Positions 19,812 through 28,770 of a stretch of DNA of 64,000 nt are shown piece after piece. Where the stretch lies: positions 448,001 through 512,000 of the forward strand of contig CAVRAL010000001.1 in assembly GCA_963719085.1 (NCBI GenBank), in the 5' to 3' direction. Source of the stretch: a candidate division FCPU426 bacterium. GTDB lineage: Bacteria > Oederibacteriota > Muellerivitia > Muellerivitales > Muellerivitaceae. Positions within the stretch are counted from its first letter, which is position 1; every line of letters begins with the position of its first letter. Under the pieces are notes generated by a model, which was given only the letters and a program-made list of their open reading frames with translations, was not told the DNA's origin and did no database searches. Position numbers and translations under genes: made by a program.

Positions 19812-19986
19812 TTCACCGCCAAGACGCCAAGTTCGCCAAGAACATCTAAATAATAAATTCGTAAAAACGAAATTTTTGCCTTTCTTGGCGAACTTGCATC
19901 GCCTCCAATCAAAAATGACAATGAAGGCGATATGTCCCGGCCGATTAGCCTGAACAAAGGCCGCCGGGAGCGTCTTGGCGGTAAAA
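19812..19986. repeat. Family A element, copy A4, with a 73-nt insertion in its right arm
   Basis: Perfect left arm; right arm split as cttggcgaacttg[19897-19969]gcgtcttggcggt. Confidence 0.85.
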
Positions 19987-20069
19987 TTGGGTTCTTTCTT
20001 GGCTTTTCCCGGGTTCTTTTCCCCTTTTGCTTATGCTAAAGTATGCCCCCCTACGAAAGGTTTCAGCTT

Positions 20070-21491
20070 ATGTCCAAGAAAAACTCAACTCTTTCCAAAA
20101 CCGTCGCCGTGGTGAGCCTGGGATGCCCCAAGAACACCGTGGACTCGGAAGTCATGCTAGGCAAATTGGCCCAGGACCATTACACCCTGGTGAAGGATCC
20201 TTCCCAAGCGGAAGTCGTGATCGTGAATACCTGCGGGTTCATTGAGGCGTCCAAAAAAGAATCCATTGATACCATCCTGGAAGTGGCCAAACTGCGCAAA
20301 AGCGGGAACTTGAAATCGCTGGTGGTGGGAGGCTGTCTGGCCCACCGCTATGGCGAGGATCTTAAAAAAGAACTGCCGGAAATCGACATTCTTTTCGGGC
20401 TCAATGAGGTGGAAAACGTGGCCCGGCAAATCAAGGGCGAACCCTTATCCCCGCTTCCCGCTTTTGGCGATTTCTCGAAAGCGGGGGCTTTGCCGCTGCA
20501 TCCGGGCGTGGAAAAACGCGCGCCGCTTTTGCCCCGATCCATGGAAGAGGCCACTTACGTTTACGACGCCTCCACGCCGAGGCTTCTTTCAACTCCCAGC
20601 CATTTCGCTTACGTCAAAATTTCTGAGGGCTGTGACCTGCCCTGCACCTTTTGCATCATCCCCAAGATCCGCGGCCATTACCGTAGCCGGTCCCTGGAAG
20701 ATATTGAGAGGGAAGCCCGTCAATTATCCGCCCAAGGAGTGCGGGAACTTTGTTTGGTGGCCCAGGACAGCACCTGGTATGGGGCGGACCGTTATGGAAA
20801 ACCAAAAATCGCCGACCTTTTGGCCCGCTTGGCCAAGGTGGAACCCATGGAATGGGTGAGGCTTCACTATCTTTATCCCAGCCGGGTGTCCGACGAGATG
20901 CTCAAGGTCATGGCGGATCATCCCCGGATCGCGCCTTATTTTGACGTCCCGCTTCAGCATGCCAGCGACAAAATTTTAAAATCGATGCGGCGCATCGGCG
21001 ACCGCTCTTCGCTGGAGAAACTCATCGCCCGCATCCGGACCGCCATTCCCAACGCCTCGATCCGCTCCACTTTTATTGTGGGTTACCCCGGTGAGACGGA
21101 CGATGATTTCGACCAGCTATTGGATTTTTTACGCCAAAGCCAAATGGATTACGTCGGCTTTTTCGCTTACTCCCAGGAAGAGAACACCCCGGCGGGGACG
21201 ATGGAAGGCCAAGTCGGCGAGGAAATGAAGCAAGAAAGACTGGCCCGGGCCTACCGGCTCCAAGAAGAAATCGCGGAAAAATCCCACCAGCGCTGGGTGG
21301 GCGAGCGCCTCAAAGCCGTGGTGGAATCGGTGGACGAAAAGGGATTGGTTTATGGCCGCACCCAGTACCAAGCGCCCGAGGTGGATGGCGTGGTGCTAAT
21401 GGAAGGATTGACCAAGCCCCACGTGGGCCAATGGGTTGATTTGGAAATGACCCACACCTTGAATTTAGACCTAGTCGGCAAGCGGGTTTAA
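20070..21491 (+). CDS. rimO: Ribosomal protein S12 methylthiotransferase
   Basis: SLGCPKNTVDSE, NTCGFIEAS, radical-SAM CDLPCTFC, QAPEVDG TRAM domain. Confidence 0.95.
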   Translation: MSKKNSTLSKTVAVVSLGCPKNTVDSEVMLGKLAQDHYTLVKDPSQAEVVIVNTCGFIEASKKESIDTILEVAKLRKSGNLKSLVVGGCLAHRYGEDLKKELPEIDILFGLNEVENVARQIKGEPLSPLPAFGDFSKAGALPLHPGVEKRAPLLPRSMEEATYVYDASTPRLLSTPSHFAYVKISEGCDLPCTFCIIPKIRGHYRSRSLEDIEREARQLSAQGVRELCLVAQDSTWYGADRYGKPKIADLLARLAKVEPMEWVRLHYLYPSRVSDEMLKVMADHPRIAPYFDVPLQHASDKILKSMRRIGDRSSLEKLIARIRTAIPNASIRSTFIVGYPGETDDDFDQLLDFLRQSQMDYVGFFAYSQEENTPAGTMEGQVGEEMKQERLARAYRLQEEIAEKSHQRWVGERLKAVVESVDEKGLVYGRTQYQAPEVDGVVLMEGLTKPHVGQWVDLEMTHTLNLDLVGKRV

Positions 21492-21497
21492 AGCGCC

Positions 21498-22142
21498 ATG
21501 CCCCTCCCGAATTCCTCCAAGTGGAACGCCGCCAACTTGGTGACCTTTTCGCGTATCGGTATGGCCCCGCTTTTTTTGATCTTCTTTTTCCGCCCCGAAG
21601 CTTGGGCTCAATGGACCGCCGGCCTTTTGTTCGCCTGGGGCGCCTTTAGCGACTATTTGGACGGCTACCTGGCCCGCAAGTACAATCTCAGCTCCAACTT
21701 CGGCATCCTGATGGATCCATTGGCCGACAAAATTCTTTTCCTGACCGTCTTGGTGGCCTTCGTCCAACAGCAATTGGTGCCTTCCTGGATGGTGATCGTG
21801 ATCGCGGCCAGGGAATTTCTCATCACGGGTTTCCGGCAAGTGGCCCAAAGTAAAAACGTCATCATCGCCGCCAGCCGGGCGGGAAAACACAAAACCGTCT
21901 CCCAGATCGTGGCCATCTCGGTCATCCTGGCCAGCGTCTGCGTGCGGGCCACGATCGAGCAAACGCAGGGCCAGTGGGACCAGGTTTTGGCCCGGTGGGG
22001 ATCCTGGGGGGACGCCCTTCAAAACTTGGTGGTTTACGGTCCCTATTGGCTGATGTTTTACGCCACCGTGATGTCGATCATTTCCGGCATGGATTACGTG
22101 GTGCGCAACCGGCATGTGTTGAGCGGGGAAACCAAGCCTTGA
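21498..22142 (+). CDS. pgsA: CDP-diacylglycerol--glycerol-3-phosphate 3-phosphatidyltransferase
   Basis: DYLDGYLAR...GILMDPLADK CDP-alcohol phosphotransferase motif. Confidence 0.93.
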   Translation: MPLPNSSKWNAANLVTFSRIGMAPLFLIFFFRPEAWAQWTAGLLFAWGAFSDYLDGYLARKYNLSSNFGILMDPLADKILFLTVLVAFVQQQLVPSWMVIVIAAREFLITGFRQVAQSKNVIIAASRAGKHKTVSQIVAISVILASVCVRATIEQTQGQWDQVLARWGSWGDALQNLVVYGPYWLMFYATVMSIISGMDYVVRNRHVLSGETKP

Positions 22143-22152
22143 GGAGTTCTTT

Positions 22153-22626
22153 TTGAAAAAACGGATCTATTACGCGCTCGCCACGGTTTTTGGCATCGGC
22201 CGCCTGCCTTGGATGCCGGGCACCTGGACTTCGGCGGCGGCGGTTTTTATTTGGTGGCCCCTTATTTCCAAACCTTGGCTGTTATTGGCGGTCCTGACCG
22301 TTCTTTTTTTTGGCGCGGTTTTTCTCTGCACGGAAGTGGAAAAGATCGCAGGAGTCAAGGACCCGCACTGGGCTTCCATCGATGAGCTTTTGGGCATGGG
22401 GGTGGCTTTAGTTTTTCTGCCGAGCCCGGATCCGACCCTGAAGCCTTATTTTGCCCTGATGGCCTTCATTCTTTTCCGCCTCTTTGACATCTGGAAACCC
22501 TATCCCATCCGCCGGATCGAGAACCTGCCGGGCGGCTGGGGCATCATGACGGATGATTTGTTGGCCGGGATTTACGCCAACTTTTTCCTGCAAGTCGGCG
22601 CGTTTGTGGTGCGTATCATCGCTTAA
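22153..22626 (+). CDS. pgpA: Phosphatidylglycerophosphatase A
   Basis: PGTWTS, DP...IDE, FRLFDIWKP, GIMTDDLLAG. Confidence 0.93.
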   Translation: MKKRIYYALATVFGIGRLPWMPGTWTSAAAVFIWWPLISKPWLLLAVLTVLFFGAVFLCTEVEKIAGVKDPHWASIDELLGMGVALVFLPSPDPTLKPYFALMAFILFRLFDIWKPYPIRRIENLPGGWGIMTDDLLAGIYANFFLQVGAFVVRIIA

Positions 22627-22644
22627 AATTGAAAGCAAAAACAA

Positions 22645-22766
22645 TTTCACCGCACACGCCAAGTTCGCCAAGAACTGCTTTAAATCTTTGGTGAAAATCA
22701 AAATTCATGTTTTTTAAGCCTAATGTTTTTGACTTGCTTGGCGTACTTGGCGTCTTGGCGGTAAAA
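22645..22766. repeat. Family A element, copy A5 (loop inverted relative to A3)
   Basis: tttcaccgcacacgccaagttcgccaag ... cttggcgtacttggcgtcttggcggtaaaa. Confidence 0.9.
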
Positions 22767-22794
22767 TTCGGTTTTTCTTTGAGGGAATATACAG

Positions 22795-24066
22795 ATGAAC
22801 GCGGAAATTGTGGCGATTGGGACTGAACTGCTCCTTGGACAAAACCTGGACACCAATTCGGCTTGGCTGGCCCGGGAATTGGCCGGCTTGGGTGTTGATC
22901 TTTTTGGTTTCCAGGCCGTGGGGGACAACGAAAAAAGGATGGAAGCCGCCATCCGGGGAGCTTTGGAGCGCAGTGACTTTGTGCTGACCACGGGCGGCTT
23001 GGGGCCCACGGTCGATGACGTGACCCGCAAGGTGGCGGGCCGGGTGGCCCAGCGCCAACTGGTCTTTCACGATGATATCGCTAAGCGGATGGAAGCGCGG
23101 TTCACCCAATTGCGTCCCGGCAAACCCTTTCTCAAGACCAACCTGAACCAAGCCTTTATTCCCCAGGGCGCCACGATCATTCCAAATCCGGTGGGATCGG
23201 CCCCCGGATTTATTCTCAAGGTGGGGAAATCCCATCTGGCTTGTTTACCCGGGGTGCCCGCCGAAATGAAGGCCATGTTCGAGCAAACTGTGAAGCCTTT
23301 GCTGAAATCCCTGGCTCCCGCCGGGACCTTGATCAAGTCCCGGGTTTACCGTACCACGGGCATTTTTGAGTCCGCGCTGAATGAAAGAATCGCTGATATT
23401 TTTGAGAGTTCCACTAATCCCACCATCGGCGTTTTAGCCCATAAAGAAGGCGTGGATATCCGGTTGACCGCCAAGGCCGAAAGTGAGGCGCAAGCCGACA
23501 GCCTGCTGGACGGATTGGGCAAGGTCTTAACGACCCGCCTGCCGAATCATATTTACGGGCTGGATCAGGACGAGCTGGAGACCATTGTGGGCAAGCTTTT
23601 AACGACCCGGTCCCTGACGCTGGCCACGGCCGAATCCTGCACGGGGGGGCTGATCGCCCATCGGATCACGCTGGTTCCCGGAAGCTCCGGTTATTTTTCG
23701 CGCGGGTCCGTGGTTTACAGCAACGAGGCCAAGTCGGAAATGCTCAAGGTCGACCCGAAGTTGATCCAGTCCAAGGGCGCGGTGAGCCCGGAAGTCGCCG
23801 AGGCGCTCGCGCGCCAATGCCGCCTGTTGGCCAAGACCGACTTGGGGCTTTCCACCACGGGCATCGCGGGACCTTCCGGAGGCAGCGCCGAAAAACCCGT
23901 GGGGCTGGTCTATATCGCCATCGCGGATGAGCAAAGCACCCAGGTTTTTAAGTATCAAATGTTTGGGAACCGGGAAAGCGTCAAGTTTCGAACGAGCCAA
24001 GCGGCGCTGGAGATCGTGCGGCGCTATTGCCTGGGACTTCCTTTACAGGATGGAAGCGAAGGATAA
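22795..24066 (+). CDS. cinA: Competence/damage-inducible protein CinA (molybdopterin-like + PncC domains)
   Basis: IGTELLLG, GGLGPTVDD, LPGVPAEM, AESCTGG, TGIAGP. Confidence 0.95.
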   Translation: MNAEIVAIGTELLLGQNLDTNSAWLARELAGLGVDLFGFQAVGDNEKRMEAAIRGALERSDFVLTTGGLGPTVDDVTRKVAGRVAQRQLVFHDDIAKRMEARFTQLRPGKPFLKTNLNQAFIPQGATIIPNPVGSAPGFILKVGKSHLACLPGVPAEMKAMFEQTVKPLLKSLAPAGTLIKSRVYRTTGIFESALNERIADIFESSTNPTIGVLAHKEGVDIRLTAKAESEAQADSLLDGLGKVLTTRLPNHIYGLDQDELETIVGKLLTTRSLTLATAESCTGGLIAHRITLVPGSSGYFSRGSVVYSNEAKSEMLKVDPKLIQSKGAVSPEVAEALARQCRLLAKTDLGLSTTGIAGPSGGSAEKPVGLVYIAIADEQSTQVFKYQMFGNRESVKFRTSQAALEIVRRYCLGLPLQDGSEG

Positions 24067-24072
24067 TTCCTT

Positions 24073-24648
24073 ATGAAATCCATCCGATTGTTCGCCGCGG
24101 TTTCTTTGGGTCCGGAGCTTCAACAAAAATTCGACTCGTTATTGGGGCAAGCCGCCTCGATCCCCTCGGATATCCGCTGGGTCAAGCCCGACAACCTTCA
24201 TTTGACCCTTAAATTCTTTGGCGAGATGAATGACGAAAAATTGCCCCTGGTCATCGATCTTTTGGCCAAGGTCGCGGCCCGGCACAGCCCCTTTTCCTTG
24301 GCCGCGGAAGGGCTCGACGCCTTTCCCAATCCGCGTCAGCCCAAAGCTTTGTTTGTGCCCTTAAGTTCGGGGACGGACGCTTTATCGGCCTTGGCGCTGG
24401 ATATTGAACAGACTTCCAAAGTTTTTGTTTTAAAACCGGGGGAAGAGAAGTTTAAGGCCCATATCACCTTGGGCCGGGTGAAGTCCGAAAAGGGCTTGGT
24501 CCCGGTCTTGGAAAAACTAAATTTTCTTTGCGCCCAGCCTCTGGGCGAAATGGCGGTGGATTCTTTTTATCTTTATGAGAGCCATCTGACTTCCGAGGGT
24601 TCGGTTTACACGCGGCTACGCGAGTTTTTTCTTTCCGGCTTCGCCTAA
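24073..24648 (+). CDS. thpR: RNA 2',3'-cyclic phosphodiesterase
   Basis: Two 2H motifs, HLTLKF and HITLGR; follows cinA. Confidence 0.9.
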   Translation: MKSIRLFAAVSLGPELQQKFDSLLGQAASIPSDIRWVKPDNLHLTLKFFGEMNDEKLPLVIDLLAKVAARHSPFSLAAEGLDAFPNPRQPKALFVPLSSGTDALSALALDIEQTSKVFVLKPGEEKFKAHITLGRVKSEKGLVPVLEKLNFLCAQPLGEMAVDSFYLYESHLTSEGSVYTRLREFFLSGFA

Positions 24649-24828
24649 GATCCGTCGGGGACTTGAGAAGTCAGCTTGTTTGAAAGCGATTTAGGATACC
24701 TGCCGATAGTGGGGGTAACCCGGCGTAGCCGCCTTTTGGCGGAGTCGGGTCCGGCAAACGATTTCGGAGATGGCAATTTATCGGTTTTTTCTGTAATTTA
24801 AATTTGAGAAATGTCCGGAGAGGGATTG

Positions 24829-25299
24829 ATGAACGAAAAAAATGAGTTGAGCCAAGCGGAAATGGAAGCGCAAATGAAAGCCTTCCAGGCCGCCGAGCAA
24901 ATTTATCTGGAGCAGTCGTTTAAGTGGTTGATCGATTATGTCGCCAGCTATTTTCCGGAGGATCAATTGGTGGTCGAGGACGTGGTGACCGATGTCCACT
25001 TCATCCAATCCGTGGTGGAAGGCGGCAAGCCCTTGGGAGCCTTGGTATATCGTTTCCGTAAGGTCCAGGATAAAAAAGCTTATTTCAATGATTTACGGGA
25101 GGAGTATAAGGAAGGCTTGGGGGTGCCGGAAGTTTTGTTTGTGGATTCGGAGACTCAAACCTTCGCCGCGCCGGCTGCCCTGGACAGCGAGTCCGGGATC
25201 TTCGAGATTCCCCCGAAAGAGATAACGTCTAAATTGAGGGAACTGCGGGAAGAGTTGAAGCGCCGGGCAAAGGTCCGGCAGCTGCGTGAAAGTCTGTGA
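24829..25299 (+). CDS. Hypothetical cytoplasmic protein
   Basis: GGAGAGG RBS; acidic/helical ORF, no recognised motif. Confidence 0.65.
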   Translation: MNEKNELSQAEMEAQMKAFQAAEQIYLEQSFKWLIDYVASYFPEDQLVVEDVVTDVHFIQSVVEGGKPLGALVYRFRKVQDKKAYFNDLREEYKEGLGVPEVLFVDSETQTFAAPAALDSESGIFEIPPKEITSKLRELREELKRRAKVRQLRESL

Positions 25300-25319
25300 A
25301 ATTAATTCAGGAGGTTTTT

Positions 25320-25811
25320 ATGAGACGTTTATGGACATCGGGTTTGTTGGCGTTGGTTTTGTCGCTCGCCGCGGGCATAACGGGCTTGGCTTCGGCGGAT
25401 GAGTCGCCGGTCGTGGGCGGGGGCAATTTCGGGATCGGCTTGGACTTTGGTCAGCCGGGTACCTGGGGCGCCACCGGAAAAGTTTGGATGGATAATAAAA
25501 ACGCGTTCCAAGGGGCCGTTAAGTTTGACGGAACCACGATCCTGCAATTGGACTATCTTTGGCATGATTTTGACCTGATCAAGGTGAAACACGGAGCCTT
25601 GCCTTTTTACGTGGGCGTGGGCGGGGATATTTCCCTCAACAGCGGTTCGGCCGCCATCGCGGCCCGGGTGCCGGTTGGAATTTCCTATCTGTTCCAACGA
25701 GAAGACGTGCCCGTGGATATCTTCGTGGAGGCGGTCCCGACCATTTGGTTTTACAGCGGCGGAGCCCAGTTTGATGTCTTGGGCGATTTGGGAGCCCGCT
25801 ACTACTTTTAA
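25320..25811 (+). CDS. Small outer-membrane beta-barrel-like protein, paralog 1
   Basis: Signal peptide; GIGLDFGQP..WGATGKVW; C-terminal beta-signal-like GARYYF. Confidence 0.65.
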   Translation: MRRLWTSGLLALVLSLAAGITGLASADESPVVGGGNFGIGLDFGQPGTWGATGKVWMDNKNAFQGAVKFDGTTILQLDYLWHDFDLIKVKHGALPFYVGVGGDISLNSGSAAIAARVPVGISYLFQREDVPVDIFVEAVPTIWFYSGGAQFDVLGDLGARYYF

Positions 25812-25841
25812 CGCCAAAACTGAATCGTCTTATATTTTGGG

Positions 25842-25869
25842 AGGCGCCGGATTTCCGGCGCCTTTTTTT
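25842..25869 (+). terminator. Intrinsic terminator
   Basis: aggcgccgg-attt-ccggcgcct followed by T-run. Confidence 0.85.
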
Positions 25870-25898
25870 AATGCAAGCCGCCCGCCAACCCTTTACTC

Positions 25899-26408
25899 TT
25901 GAGTCCTATGGGGAATGAGCGCGTCGTTAAAATCTGGAAGCGGGGCGTCTGGGCGCTGGTTTGGGCGTGGGGGATGGCCTCTTCCGCCGCCGCCACCCCC
26001 CGGCAAGGACCCCTTCCGCCGCAGGAACTTTTCGGCCTGGGGATCGTCGCGGGCGATCCCGAAGGCTGGGGGATTACGGGTAAACTGTGGCTGGACCACA
26101 ATGTGGCGCTTCAACCGGTCCTCAAACTGGGTTGGAATGGAAACGCGGCGCTTCAATGCGACCTGCTTTGGCACAACTATAAAATGATTCCGTCGGATTT
26201 GGACTCCTGGCCTCTTTATATCGGGCTGGGAGCGGTGGTAGATTCTTTGGGTCCGGCTTGGGGACTGCGCGCGGTGGGGGGGATTGACTATTTACTGCGC
26301 GATATCTCGGGCGATGTTTACGCCCAACTGGTGCCGACCTATTGGCTCCGGGCGCCGGTCCCCGCGGCTGAGCTTTATGGGGAAGTGGGTTTTCGCTTTT
26401 ATCTTTGA
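25899..26408 (+). CDS. Small outer-membrane beta-barrel-like protein, paralog 2 (start uncertain)
   Basis: GLGIVAGDP..WGITGKLW; ends GFRFYL; aligns with 25320-25811. Confidence 0.6.
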   Translation: MSPMGNERVVKIWKRGVWALVWAWGMASSAAATPRQGPLPPQELFGLGIVAGDPEGWGITGKLWLDHNVALQPVLKLGWNGNAALQCDLLWHNYKMIPSDLDSWPLYIGLGAVVDSLGPAWGLRAVGGIDYLLRDISGDVYAQLVPTYWLRAPVPAAELYGEVGFRFYL

Positions 26409-26420
26409 TCCGAGGGTGCC

Positions 26421-27566
26421 ATGAAAAACACGAAAAGCCGCTCCAAACCCGCTTTGATGATGTACGCGGCCAGTGAGCATGATTCCAACCTTTATTACGC
26501 GGTCAAGTTCTCCGTGCCGGATCCTTTTCCCTTTTTTGAGATCGGCGGGAAGAAAATTATCTTGATGAGCGATTTGGAATTGGGACGGGCCAAGAAACAA
26601 GCCAAGGTCGACGAGGTGCTTTCCTACACCGAGATTTACGCGAAAACCAAAGCCCGGGGCGTGGAGCGGCCCCAGGTGGCCGATGTATTGGCTTATTTTC
26701 TCAAAAGCCGAAAGGCCGGAAGGGTAAGGGTGCCGGATAATTTTAACGTGGGGCTGGCGGACGCCCTTCGCCAAAGGGGAACCGAGCTTGAAAGCAAGCC
26801 CGATCCGTTTTTTGAGGAACGGGTTTACAAGTCGAAAGAGGAAGTCGCCATGATCACCCAATCCCTGCGCCATACGGAGCGGGCGATCCACCAGGCGGAG
26901 GAAACGCTTAAGAAATCCAAGATCGTCGGGAAGAAAATTTATTACCGGGGCCAGCTGGTGACCTCGGAATTCATCAAAAAAATCATCAACGTTTCCATGA
27001 TGGAAAACAACTGCGTGGGCAGCCATACCATCGTGGCCAGCGGGGATCAGGGCTGTGACCCGCACCAAGAAGGCACGGGGCCGGTTTGGGCCAACCAATC
27101 CCTGATCGTGGACGTGTTTCCCCGGTCCGCGGATACCTTTTATTACGCCGACATCACCCGCACTTTCGTGAAGGGAAAGGCCTCGCCGGCCCTCAAGGCC
27201 CAATATGAGGCGGTCAAGGCGGGCCAGGAAAAAGGGGTCAAGATGGTGGCGCCCGGCGTGAACGGACGGGAGGTGCACCAGACCATCACCCAGATCATGG
27301 AAGATCGGGGCTACCTGACGGAGCGGCGCAACGGTACTTTGGTGGGTTTTTTCCATGGGACGGGACACGGGCTCGGGCTGGATGTGCACGAGCCGCCCCG
27401 GGTCAATTCCTCGGACCATGTGTTGAAAAAAGGCGAGGTGGTGACGGTGGAGCCCGGTCTTTATTATCCCGGTGTGGGCGCGGTCCGCATTGAGGATCTT
27501 TTGGTGGTCACTGAAAAGGGAAACCGGAACCTGACGGTTTATCCCAAACGGCTTGAAATCCGCTAA
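26421..27566 (+). CDS. Xaa-Pro aminopeptidase (M24B)
   Basis: PH, D..., ADITRT, HGTGHGLGLDVHE, TVEPGLY, VRIED metal ligands. Confidence 0.92.
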   Translation: MKNTKSRSKPALMMYAASEHDSNLYYAVKFSVPDPFPFFEIGGKKIILMSDLELGRAKKQAKVDEVLSYTEIYAKTKARGVERPQVADVLAYFLKSRKAGRVRVPDNFNVGLADALRQRGTELESKPDPFFEERVYKSKEEVAMITQSLRHTERAIHQAEETLKKSKIVGKKIYYRGQLVTSEFIKKIINVSMMENNCVGSHTIVASGDQGCDPHQEGTGPVWANQSLIVDVFPRSADTFYYADITRTFVKGKASPALKAQYEAVKAGQEKGVKMVAPGVNGREVHQTITQIMEDRGYLTERRNGTLVGFFHGTGHGLGLDVHEPPRVNSSDHVLKKGEVVTVEPGLYYPGVGAVRIEDLLVVTEKGNRNLTVYPKRLEIR

Positions 27567-27588
27567 GTCTTAAAAAGAAAAGGCATTT

Positions 27589-27651
27589 GAGCAATGATAA
27601 AAGCTGATAAAAGCGGATTTTAATTTTTTTTATCGGCGTTTATCCATGCTC
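27589..27651. repeat. Degenerate family D inverted-repeat element (10-nt units)
   Basis: gagca-a-tgataaaagc tgataaaagc ggat ... atcggcgtttatc-ca-tgctc. Confidence 0.4.
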
Positions 27652-27674
27652 CAATATTTTCTTCGGGAGGGTTT

Positions 27675-28532
27675 ATGCCTTCTTTCGAGAAATTGACAGC
27701 CGAATTCAAGCGCTACCTGGAACGCCAGGCCCTGGCCGGAGCCGGCGCCAACGGCTTGGTGGAAGGCGCCATCTTGATTGCCCGGCAGGAATATCCCAAA
27801 CTTTTGGCGCCTCCTTTTCAACGGGAACTCGATCAAATGGCGCTGGAAGTCAGCGACCGAATCGCCAAGCCCTCGACCCAAGCCCAGAAAGTCGCCGTTT
27901 TAAATCATTATTTTTTCGAGGACTTGGGGTTTAAAGGCAACCGGGAGCGCTATTACGAAACCGCCAACAGCTATTGGCCGGATGTGATGGAGAGGCGGAC
28001 CGGCATTCCCATCAGTTTGGCCGCGATTTATTTGGAGGTGGGCTGGCGGCTGGGGTTTCCCTTAAGCGGCATTAATTTTCCCGGTCACTTTTTGGTGGGC
28101 TGGACTGACCCCGCGCTTTCGCTTTATATCGATGTTTTCGCCGATGGGAAGATTTTGTCGCCGGATGATTTGAACGATTTGGTCCGCCGGTTTGTCGGGG
28201 AAGATCAGGCGCTCAAGCCCGATTCCCATCTTCGGCGGGCCGGGATCAACGACATTCTTTACCGAATGCTTTCCAACCTTAAGGGAATCCACGCGCAATC
28301 GGGTCATTTGGAAAGGGCCCTGCTTTGCGTCGATTGGATGCGCATCATCAAGCCGGATGATTGGAATAGTTTGCGGGATAGGGGAATGTTTTTGGCCTCT
28401 TTGGACCGCCTGCCGGAGGCGGAAGAAGCCTTGATGGGTTACTTGGAACAGTCGAAAAAGGCGCCCGATTATTCCCAGGTCTGGCAGGTGCTTTACTCCA
28501 TCCGGGCCCAAGACCCGATCCATTGGAATTAG
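27675..28532 (+). CDS. SirB1-family transglutaminase-like protein with TPR
   Basis: GFKGN..YY...NS, RRTGIPISL, NFPGHFL, RMLSNLK, RDRG. Confidence 0.88.
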   Translation: MPSFEKLTAEFKRYLERQALAGAGANGLVEGAILIARQEYPKLLAPPFQRELDQMALEVSDRIAKPSTQAQKVAVLNHYFFEDLGFKGNRERYYETANSYWPDVMERRTGIPISLAAIYLEVGWRLGFPLSGINFPGHFLVGWTDPALSLYIDVFADGKILSPDDLNDLVRRFVGEDQALKPDSHLRRAGINDILYRMLSNLKGIHAQSGHLERALLCVDWMRIIKPDDWNSLRDRGMFLASLDRLPEAEEALMGYLEQSKKAPDYSQVWQVLYSIRAQDPIHWN

Positions 28533-28756
28533 GGGACTTGCGTTTGGTCGGCGGAGGTTCCGGGCGCGAGGACTTTTAAGGCGGCTTTGGTCGTGTCATC
28601 GTCTTTACTGCCGGACGAAAACAGGAAATAAGAAAGCACGATCATCACACCGCCCCAAATAATCATTTTAGGGCTTTGGATTTTTTTACCCCGGTACATG
28701 TAATAACCGCCCAGGGTTCCCATGAAGAATGAGATGATCGCTTCCAACCAAAACAT
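28529..28756 (-). CDS. Small two-TM membrane protein
   Basis: GGAG RBS; two hydrophobic segments flanking YRGKK. Confidence 0.65.
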   Translation of the reverse strand: MFWLEAIISFFMGTLGGYYMYRGKKIQSPKMIIWGGVMIVLSYFLFSSGSKDDDTTKAALKVLAPGTSADQTQVP

Positions 28757-28770
28757 AGTTTTTCTCCGGG

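Noticed and set aside
7830..23030. Short - strand ORFs containing TAKTPSSP / LGELGVLAV (7830-8216, 15076-15285, 19322-19957, 22698-23030)
   Set aside because: The shared peptides are translations of the family A arms; the ORFs overlap real genes and lack RBSs
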